A stretch of 64,000 nucleotides of DNA from Balanoglossus misakiensis (lineage: Eukaryota > Animalia > Hemichordata): NCBI GenBank assembly GCA_040954595.2, contig CM082577.2, positions 10,379,846-10,443,845 of the forward strand. The letters are read 5' to 3'. A program made the translations under genes and the position numbers. The notes under the pieces are model-generated. The model saw only the letters and a list, made by a program, of their open reading frames with translations, was not told the DNA's origin and did no database searches. This document shows positions 53,701 to 64,000 of this stretch, piece by piece (positions within the stretch are counted from its first letter, which is position 1; every line of letters begins with the position of its first letter).

Positions 53701-55542
53701 ACCCAGATCATGTCTGATAGCTAGTTAGCAAAGATCACTTTCTGTTTCATGATACTGCAGTTTTCCAGTAAGGAAGGTTGTGTTGGACGTCATACCCTGC
53801 AAATGTGATATAAAAACTGATACAAAATTGATCTGAAAAACAAACACTCTGGCAACACCTGGTGAAACATATACGTTTAATCCACTGAAAGAGGGTGTTT
53901 TACTCTCTGCGTCTTTTCGTTTTTAGGAACGTTGTAAAAAACGCTATCCCAATAAATTACTCTCTTTTCAAATATTTGATGTCGAGGTGTTGAATTTACG
54001 CCGACATTTACAGTATAAATGTTAAAATGTGTCCACTTGGTGTTGATAGTCGCCTGTCTATGTGCGATGCCGCGGTTGTTGAAGGGTTCTTCAAATATCC
54101 TTCAATTCAAATGCCTGGTAAGGGTGCACGGCCTCGGTTCATCTTGCTTTCAATTATTCACAGTTGCCACGGAAATGAGCGCAGTCGCACGAATGTATCA
54201 AATGTAAAGTGGGATGCAGTGTTGTGAAGATGTGTTGTGTTACAGCGCATGCCATTGTTGGGATACCAGAGAATTGGCGCTTAGATTCCCGCGACTGATT
54301 ATTGAGTGGCGAAAGCTATACTGTGGCGTTGAGTGATTGTTAATGTGTCAAGGTTTCATTCACAAAATACCTTTTATGAAAAAAAAATTTGTCGACTGTC
54401 TGTTGGAGGGGTTGTTGACCGTTAGTTTCGTTTTCTCTTTTTTTGGATCGACCAGCTTGTCACACCATGGTTTCAGGAATAGACAAACACACTATACATG
54501 TACATCTATGTACAGATGGACAGACATGTATAGACAGACAGACAGACACACATGCACACATACTGCATAATGTACAGCACAGATTCTGATTTCAACACAA
54601 GCTGGAAATCTTGTTCTTTGTGTTCATATATTTTGAAATGGCAAGTTCACAGTTAAATTTGAGGCTTCATCAACAGGCAGGAATGTGTCTTTATTCATTT
54701 AATTGCCATAATTATGCTTCCACCCCTCTCTCTGTTGTAAATGGTTTTACCCATGCCATTCAAAACAGTCGTATATCACCAAAGTGTGGTGCTAACAGGT
54801 TGTAGTACTGGTAGTCATTTGATACAAGTATTACTTAGGGAGTCCTACAAGGTCTCCCTAACTTTATCACCAGCCATCAGAATGGAGGGGGGGGGGGGGA
54901 AGGAAAATTAGGGCAGTTATGTTATGAAATATACCATATGTACACATGAAGTACTGGTATGCATACACAATATGTTATCTTGTTTAATTTGCTTTTAACT
55001 GAAAGATGTCTGTATTTACAAAAAGTAAAAATTTAATGAAATATTTGTACCGATTGTACGGAGAGCAATGATCTGGAACAGGCTGCCCTTGGCCGTGGGA
55101 CTGGTTGTAGATACACATAGCTGATAATCGCTCAGACTGGGCATGCCATTTACCCGGATATGCGTTCGACCTTGTGTTTACACCATGAAAGTTAATTTCA
55201 ATGCTGTTTTTCTTCCCGTGCAGTGCATCGGGAAATCGCAAATGAGGTTCAATTGTGTAGGGATTTATCTCGGTTGGCGGTGCTGTCGTACGATAGCTGA
55301 TGTTGTGACATGGAATAGCGCTGTGAGAAGTTAATTACATTTTCAGGGGAAATTTGTTGACTAAGCTGATAGGTTCTTGAGAGAGTATAAATAGGGTACA
55401 TTTATATGGATGAGGCCAAGAGTGCTTGTGGAAATGACAGTGAGGTGTATGTGCAACCATATTCTGGATGATTTTCATCAGAAACGCATGAAAAAAAAAG
55501 AAAAAACATTTTGAGTGCATAAAATCTTTTAACTTGTGAGCT

Positions 55543-55760
55543 TACTGTAAAACACTTTATTTTCGCGAGCAATACATTTTTTCGTGAAATATGCGAGAGC
55601 CAAAATAGCGTGAAAATAAAAAGTTGCGTAAATTTTTATGAAGATAACGATGCAGTGAATGAAATAAGAGAACGCAAAAATTGATACTCGCGAAACAGTG
55701 GCCTCTCTCGATATCGCGAAAATTTTAACTCGCGAAAATAAAGTGTTTTACTGTACAGTA
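55543..55760 (+). mobile_element. MITE family A, full copy
   Basis: A perfect inverted pair, TAAAACACTTTATTTTCGCGAG ... CTCGCGAAAATAAAGTGTTTTA. The interior is homologous to the 1250 copy. Confidence 0.88.
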
Positions 55761-55803
55761 TTTGATGTGTTCTTTCCTTGCATTGAAAAAAATATAATTA
55801 AAA

Positions 55804-55876
55804 GGTTTGGTCCAAGCCTATTGTTTTCTATTGGAGAGTGGGACCTCTATAGAGGAAACTGGGGGTGAAAGGGTTA
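55804..55876 (-). mobile_element. piggyBac-like MITE, truncated copy
   Basis: It is the reverse complement of the 6375 element (ATTGTTTTCTAT...GGACCTCTATAGAGGAAACTGGGGGTGAAAGGGTTA). Confidence 0.75.
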
Positions 55877-56558
55877 CAGAGCCAGGATCTGTAATTAAAG
55901 CTTTTGGCTGCGTTGTTCAGAAATGAAGAAACTGTTTCTATTTCCATTCACAGATGAATGCATATTCACATGTACCTGTTTTCAAGAAACCATTACAGAT
56001 TTTTCTTTAATGACAGCCAAAAACAACTCAGTAGATGGACCAGCTGTTTTTTTGCATGATCTTTGGGCAAGAAAAAAAAAAGGCTTAGAAGCTGGAGCCA
56101 AAATGTCCGATCACGACTTTGCGGTGCGTTCTCCTTGAAGAAGCACATATTAAACTTTCAGTGGAGACACAAATGAAACCTGGATGGGCAGATCAGTCAC
56201 TGTGACTGAGAGCAGAATAAAAAGCAGCCATGTTTTGTATTTGTACATTCACAATTCATTGGGGAGGGGGGGGGGGGGGAGTTGGAATCCATAGGTCATG
56301 CGCGCAATATCATAGCTTCAACCTTATCTGCAAATTGCTTTCTTATCATGTTCATTGAGAAAGCATAATGCCATATCTTGCTATCTGCAGAGTCCAGATT
56401 CAATTATTTATTAAATCACATTGAGCTGAGGAGTCTGGGAGGTTATATTGTTCGTTTGCTTTGCACTGGCAAATGAAAGTTTGATGCAGTATCAGATAAT
56501 GCCTTTTTAAAAAAAAAAAATGATGGAGACGGAGACAAAATTTGCACTAGTGGTTTAA

Positions 56559-56650
56559 TAACCCTTTCACCGCCATGGTTCAGTCCAAACCCATTGTTTT
56601 ATGTGGTTAGATTGGATCTCTACATCAGAAAACGGGGGTGAAAGGGTGAA
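56559..56650 (-). mobile_element. piggyBac-like MITE, copy
   Basis: TAA-CCCTTTCACCGCCATGGTTCAGTCCA ... GGGGGTGAAAGGG-TGAA, the reverse complement of the 6375 element. Confidence 0.8.
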
Positions 56651-59600
56651 GCAGAATGTGGAGGGAGACATTGAGATGGAGACAAAATATAATCGTAGAC
56701 AGTACTGTCTATGATATAATGTAAGGAGACAGGGTCGAGATCTCATATCTAGGATCTGATAAATATTAATGCTTATCAGAATGGCTTTTTTTCAGTGACC
56801 CTTTTTTTAGTCAGAATAGGAAAAAAATCTGAAAATTTAATATGAATGAAAACAGAGCTTTATAGTAGAAAGGACTTTGGGCAAATTGTAGCATCCTCCC
56901 CCTGTAAATCTAGCTGTTTTTGTAAGAAAGCGAGTCCATCAGTCTAGCACCCTCCCTTGGGAGGAAGATACAAGCCTCTGCTATTAAAGGCTTTGTGTTG
57001 CCAATTTACAAAGTCAACATTCCAGTGTTGATTCTGCGAATTTAGTTGTGATGGACATAATTGATGTGTTTGGGCCGACCAAATTGGTACTAATTCGTAA
57101 TTGCTAGCGAAATCAGGCTAATTCCTGAAAATGTGTCAAAGAGTAAACACAGAGCACTGTTGTGAGGAAAAATACTTGTGCATTGTTTTTCGTGTTTGGG
57201 AAATTTATAGATCAAAATAGGTGCCAATATTTGCAGGGGCCGGAAATCATTCACGTCTTATCTAAAAATGCATTCAAAGCAAATATTGTCCATGCCACTG
57301 CACGGTACATGACTTTAGAACAAATACTTTTACTGTTGTATGTCATAGACATCCCGGTTTTCCTGGATCATGTTTGCATCTCCCATAGTTTCCCTTTTGC
57401 GGTTAACCCGCGGCAGTCTTGATGTCTTTGAGGAATGTATACACACTTGGCTTAGTACACGGTCCTTGTTTACAGAGTGTCTCTGTCAGACCACAGATCT
57501 CGGTTGTTTGAACATTTTGGGAGTATCGTAGTGAAGTGCGTGACCATGCAGAACAAACTCACTTTTGATACAATAAGGGTCACTCAAGAATGAGAGAGTT
57601 GACAATGTGACATTCTCACAAATTGGCCAGCAAGAAAATCCCTAGTACATGTATAATGTTGTATCATTATACTGCAATGTCTCTACAAAATGTGGTTCGT
57701 TGACGAAGATTAAACTATTGGAAAAAAAGGTTCCATGTTGATTAAATTTGTTCATATTTTATTTATGTTGTATCTTTTGAAGAAATTAACGGGGAAAATT
57801 ACATTTACAGTGGCGCATGCTTCAGATGGCATACATCTCAAATCTGCCATTATTTGAAATCAAAGATGGCTGCCTCACCAGATGATGCTGATCTGTGGGG
57901 AAAATAGCCTGAACACCCTAGTTTTGTTTTCAGCTGACAAGATACATGTACATGTACAAATATACATGTAAACCCTGCACCTGCATGTCAAGCAAAAAGA
58001 CTGAGAAAAATTTGGAGACAATCCACATTCATTTCTCTGAAAGTTCATCCCTTGAAGTTGCAAGGTGCAGACTAACTACCATGAGTGCAAAACTGTGTGT
58101 AATCTATAAGTCAAGCACTGTGACAGCTAGCATACATGTACATGATGCAATTAAGCCGTCTTTTAGTCCAAGAAAGAAATCCTGTTGTTATTCCAAAAGA
58201 AGTCCCTTTATAATTGTAAATTGACCATTCATCCGCTGTCGTGCATACTGCTGGCTCAGAGTGATTTCTGCTTCTGGAGTACAAGATTTAAAATTCTGAG
58301 AAGATTACATTTCCGGCATTATAATGCATTTGGGGTTTGTAGTTCAGTGTGCTCTAGTTCTGTCGTATTGTATTTGGGTCACTCTAGCCCAGTTTTCGAA
58401 GAATAAGTCCCTGGTAAACCTTGTAAGTTGTAATTGACCACTAGCACTGCGTTGACACCCTCATACACTGAACATTGTTATTGTTGTTCGCTTTGTTTCA
58501 GACATAATAAAAACTGTCCATATTAAAACATAGGGGAAAAAGGCAACGTAAGAAAGAAAAGATGCACAACACCAAAACTACAGAGCAATACAGAATCAGT
58601 TACAAATCAACACTCCAACAGAACCTAAAAACAAAGAATTCTAAAACTTGTGATAAAATGAGATTGCAAGCGTCAGACCTCAGTAAAAAAGATCTTCAAA
58701 AGACTAAATGTCACTACATTGGAGTCTATGAACAAGACTACGCCTTATGGATCCTAATGCCTTGAAATGACTTTCTTTCACCTTGTCTTTCCATCTCAGA
58801 TTTCAAATCATATTCAGTTCTAGTAGTAAACTTGTAGATTTATTGAGGCCAGACTTCTGCAAGGTTTACGTCAGGGTTAAAACAAAGGATGATGATTCTC
58901 CTCAAGTGATGGTGTCAAGCTGTCAAACTGGAGAGAAAAATTTAATTAATAAAAAAGGGGATTCTGCTGAGGGAATGTTCTTTGTTATTCTGCGTGACAG
59001 TCATCATACATGTATGTTTGGTTGGTGAGTCTCTGCTCCAGACACCAAGCTTCAGCAGTTCGTGGATTTTTGGATTTACATGTACATTGTATGTGGTCCC
59101 GATTTTAGAAAGTCTTCAGAAAATTTCCAGTCCTTGCACATGTGCCCTTGATAAAAAATATCCTCAGCCTAGAGTTAGGAGTTCATTAACCTGCTAAACA
59201 CAGTTACAGCGCTGCTGTTGTGAGGGTTGGGGCTGTCAAAAGACATCAGGACACTTGAGAGTTTAATGGTTAGCTTTTACATGATTCCTGGCCATTAATA
59301 TGAATGATGGATTTCTACATCCACTAGTGCACTCCCCACCCTACCCCTCCTCAGACTGTGGCAGACATCTCCGCATGTCAAGACTGGGATATCCTATTCC
59401 GACCGATTCCATTGCAGGTCTTGAGAAGTGATTTCACAATAGAAGCATGTGTAAGATTTCAAATTCTCTGGTGGAATTTCTGCGATAACGACGAAGTAAT
59501 GTCGCAGATAACACCAAGTACCGGCAGCATTTTATCACAACACACACGTTTACAGCTGCACGCAGCATATTGGCCTAGTTCTAATGTCATATTCTCAGAG

Positions 59601-62600
59601 TCGCCGTATACATGTACATGTATGTGCTAAAAAATACGGGTAATAGGGGAGAAATGTCATGTAGACCTTTTCTCGGGTCATCCACAGGCCAGCTTATTTC
59701 TGAACACCAGCGAAAGGTTAATAATCCACTCCGCTCGGCTATGATTTCAGATATGCGTGGAAATGTAGATTTCTTCACGTACGTGTCCAGCGAAACGGTC
59801 TGCGATTCTATGTTTATTGTAACCCTAGAGGCTGAGTGAGGTGTAACCTGAAGGCTCTGTAACGTGCAGTTATAGACAAACAGTCTGCCGGAAGCTTGAC
59901 TTTCATGATGATAAAATGGGGTAAAATGAGTAAATTGCAACAGTTCGCAGCTGTTGTATTCATTGTGTGTGAAAATGTTAGTGAAATAGATATTCGGATG
60001 TTTACAGTACTTGAAAAAAATTTACATTTTAGTAAAGAAATTGAGGTAAACAAATGGGTTCTTGCATTGTATGTATAAACTGGGCAACTTGTGAATTGGA
60101 GAGATCTTTTGCAGCTTTTTTCATATGTGATGTACATGTACCACTACTTTTGAGTTTATATTTATTTAAACTGTAGCGGTACACAAAGCATGCAGCTGAA
60201 ACTTCAAGAATGATTAGAGAAATATTTCACTGTTTCCTTTTCAGTGAAAAATATCGGGCCTTGTAAGAATAATTTCAATATAGACCCAAATTTGCCAAAT
60301 TCTGGAATTCAAAATGGCTGCTGCTTGTGAGGCAAATGCAAGAACGTGCATAATGTGAAAACAAGCCGAGAACAGTGCTGTTTCTTATTTCAGATTCAAA
60401 ATGGCGTGATACAAATACTGGCATGGTTTATACAAATCTCAATTTTGGGGAATCATGACAAAAATTTTGAATTTTGAAAAAAATTGTTCATCTTTTATTT
60501 TCCTTTTTACGGTATATTTTTGTTTCTTTCAAAGGTGTGCATGTCGCTGCAGACTCTCATGATCTTCAGATTTCTATTCTCAACCTGCTTGTTTGACTTT
60601 GCATAATAAATAATTCATGATAACATGTGTAGGTCTTCTTCTCCATATGTCCTTTAATGCCCCGTTTTATATAAATGTGGCAACTAGGAATTGAGACGGA
60701 ATTAACCTGTTCAGCATATTTCATTCAAAACCGCACGATGTGAATGGAAGCACAGATACACTGACATAAAAAAAATGCAAGTGACTTTGCCGTTTGAAAT
60801 GTTATGCCAGAGCTGACTAAATAATTTAATATTTGCGGTAAAAATTTTCAGCATTTTTGTGTGGAGAAATTGCCGGATGTTCGGGTAAGACTTAATCAGA
60901 ATCTTCAGTCCCTGCTGACCGAAAGGCACTCCCCAGAAAAATACATGGATGATTCCATTGTCCGGGTTATACAGGGGTGATACTGATAAAATTACCCCGA
61001 CCTTTCTTTACCCCTCTTGCTGAGAAAAGGGCAAGGCAAAAAGCAGTGAGACTCAGATGTCAAAATGTCGCTGAAACGCGTTTGATTGGAAAACGTTCGA
61101 GTCATCCAATGGACGGGTTGCGTTCTGGCTTTCCCTCGGTATCATTAGTCGAAAACGACTGCACTTGTAAGAGATGTGCGGGATAATGGCGTGTGACAGA
61201 CCCGTCGGTATGCACGCGGCCCAACCCAATCTCCACAAATCACGCCAAAGCGGCTGTCTGTACCAAATTGACTCACTTTATAGCGAGCGCAATCCTGATT
61301 TATTTCTCCCCGTTTCGATGCAGTCTGTGATTATTCATCTCAGTCGAATCAGAGTCCCTTTAAAAAGATAATTTATGTGAATTTTCTTTTATGACCTTCA
61401 ATATCCTTTGCCATTTCTTATTCCGCATATGCATCGGTTGATAGTCAAGACATTTTAAACGGGTTTAATTATAAAACGAACAGTTGTTTTCAATTTTATC
61501 GCCAATCCGGCCGGCTTGTTTGCTTCCTAATTTTATCGCCAGTGGTTCCTGCTTGTTTGTTTTCTAATTTAAACAACTACCTGCACATGTGCTGTGTGCA
61601 TCCAGGTACCTTGTGGCCATATTTTGAGTCCCCGTGGATGTAGTCCAGGAGACTTATGGATTGTGCCAAGTCAGTCTGTCTGTCTGTGTGTGGGCGTGAG
61701 TACATCTGTGACAGTGTGCAGCCAATACATGTACGCAGACATGCTTGTGCCAATTTCATTCTGGTACATGTATGATGGACAAGCTAGTGCACCTATATTT
61801 ATGCACATCGCATAATTCCCTCCAGTGTTGTTTGAATTCATCAATCCAGCAGGGACTATGTCATTGACAATGACTTCCTTTCCCATATATCCCTGGCGTG
61901 GCTATAAAAGCTATCCATCAGAAACATGTCTCACATCATGAGACCATATTTACTCAGCAGAGATCTAGACAAGGCACTATACCTCATAAACCACCCGCCT
62001 ACTTTCTGTTTTCGACATCATATGGGTTATATATTCAGCAAATCGTGAAAAAATTGAATTGCATTTTTGTGGTTGCTATCATGGAATTCCAGTACTCCAA
62101 AAATCACACACATTCTTCTTTGTGTGAACATTTTGCATTCACTTTCTTTTCTCTAGCCCTTTTTTGGAAATTTGATATTTTATGAATAAATAGAACTGCA
62201 GACAGCTTTCATGTTTATGATGTTTTAGGACAACAGAAATTGGATAGTTTTAAGCCTTCACCTTACTCCTGACACACAGCAAATATGGGGCACTACCCTG
62301 TGGTTGTGTAGGACTGGAATCTTGTCCGATATCCATGAGAATGGCAAAAAATATATGGTCGGCTCATATAGTCATATGTATATCATGATTGATGTGGTTG
62401 TTTAGCAACTCCTGCCTCGTGGCTATTTTCATCTCCCTTTGTTTTAATACGTTCGACTCAAACCTTCCAGTATTTTTTGATGGCTGGATGACGCAGGGCG
62501 TAATTGTAATCTCGGGCTGTCGACACTGACAGTTGAATTTTGTATTTAAAAAAAAAATAGTGGTTTCACGGTGATTGATAGTGGCCATGGCAACCTCTGA

Positions 62601-64000
62601 TATTAATAATGTGTCAAGTGCAAGTGGTGCTGTCATTGACATTGGCGTTTATGATATCCATACATCATGATATGCAGCGTCGTTATTTGAGAGTGGCCAT
62701 GCGTTGGTTCATCCTCCAGGGGTTTTTAGTTCATGAATTGTTTTCAGCAAGTGTGGTTGCATGTTAATTGTAAACTTTTCTGGGAAAATGTGAATGGACT
62801 CAAATGTTTCAGAGTATCGCAACCAGATTGTTTTAAGTGCCTTTTTTCATGTATTCTATATCTGCCGCTATCATCTTTTGTTATTGAGACCTAAAAACAT
62901 ATGTGCACATCTCTGGACAAAAAAAACGCAATGGCCACACTTTCATTGATTTTTTCTGCATAGAATTTGAAGGGTATCCATTCATGTTTTGTAACTTTAT
63001 GTACCAGTATCACTTCTCAGGTCCTTCACGACGAAATCAATAAAATCGGTATTTTTAAAATTTCATCTGCTGGTTTCTCTGTGACCTACGTGATTTTAAA
63101 ACCTGGGACCACGAAACTACAAGATCATGAGGTTCAGGTGAAAAAATAATATGTTAGATAACTCAAGTAGCAAGTCTCAATTACATCAGCAAACATTTCA
63201 GAAATACAATTTTTCGACTGCCTGTTTGTCTGTCCTTGGTAGATTTTTCAACAATGGTGGTGGAAGGATAAAAGTGCACTTTCACCCGATTCTCATAACT
63301 AGCTCAGTTCCTGCACCGCCGCCGTCGGTTGTGTGTCCAAAATTAGCTAGACGTCGAGAATCGTTTGTGGACGTTTCCTGATTGTACGTGGTCGTGACAT
63401 CCAACACTTTTGTGGTTTGCCTGTCGTACATCGTAATAAAAGCCTTGTCAATTCCTGACGCCTGTAATCACTATCTCATCAAGTCAATGTGAAGGTCAAC
63501 GCGGGAAGGCTTAGATGCAGATGTTCCGCATACTTTGTTTATCAAATCATGTCAGACAGAAATTCGAGTGACACATTTCACAAAGTGCTGGTAAAATTAT
63601 ATTCCCGGCTCAAAGGGGGGCATGCAAATTCTCAACCTTGCACACAGCCTCTGACAAATTACAGGCGTTTCTGCTGATTTTTTTTTTCGTGTGTTCCAAT
63701 TCACCTGAAAGATTAAAAACAAGTCATCGTCAATGACATAGTCCCCGCTTTATCATTAGAGTATTACATTGAAGGAGACCTCGGTGGATTGAAATGGAGT
63801 CAAAGCATGTTTGCCTATTTGGCATACCCATATACATCATGATACACTACTTATACTGAGTTCGAATGAAATCAGTTGATGGAATATAGTTCCAGGCTGT
63901 AAAGAAATCTTAACGAAATGACTGACAAGTGGCCATATTTGATCTTGAATCATTACATGAATTGACAAGTAAATAGTCGTTTCAAGAAATGTTAAGGCAT

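Larger units (their letters stand above)
27000..64000 (+). other. Probable Cav3 intron 1, at least 37 kb, apparently running off the window end
   Basis: By eye I found no exon resembling WFERxSMxVILLNCVTLG and no convincing branch point plus AC acceptor. A short exon could have been missed. Confidence 0.65.

Noticed and set aside
54095-54103. ATATCCTTC near-U12 donor
   Set aside because: It is an imperfect match with no supporting exon context and is likely background.
63452-63520. TTCCTGAC...AC as a possible Cav3 exon 2 acceptor
   Set aside because: The branch-point match is weak, and the downstream frame does not encode the IS1 segment and hits a stop.
1-64000. tRNA, rRNA, intact transposase or reverse transcriptase, and REST/RE1 sites
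   Set aside because: I recognised none by eye. tRNAscan-SE, Rfam and BLASTx searches would be needed to exclude them formally.

Overview
This is AT-rich, intron-dominated animal (eukaryotic) DNA, not prokaryotic. The repeat types and protein sequences suggest a marine invertebrate, but that is inference only. Almost all ORFs in the supplied track look like chance ORFs. I can support two coding exons, both on the + strand. The first is the terminal exon of a SPATA20 (SSP411) orthologue at 13030-13287. The second is the first coding exon of a T-type voltage-gated calcium channel alpha-1 subunit (Cav3, CACNA1G/H/I-like) at 26638-26999. The Cav3 exon ends at a minor-spliceosome AT-AC donor (ATATCCTTT at 27000). 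I found no second Cav3 exon in the remaining 37 kb and no earlier SPATA20 exon in the first 13 kb. The SPATA20-then-Cav3 order and orientation match the human SPATA20-CACNA1G pair. The non-coding DNA holds several families of short non-autonomous DNA transposons (TA- and TTAA-flanked MITEs), simple repeats, promoter-like CpG-rich patches and many RFX X-box-like palindromes. I saw no CRISPR array, tRNA, rRNA or intact transposase, and no clearly new biological system. The best leads are splicing and regulatory ones.
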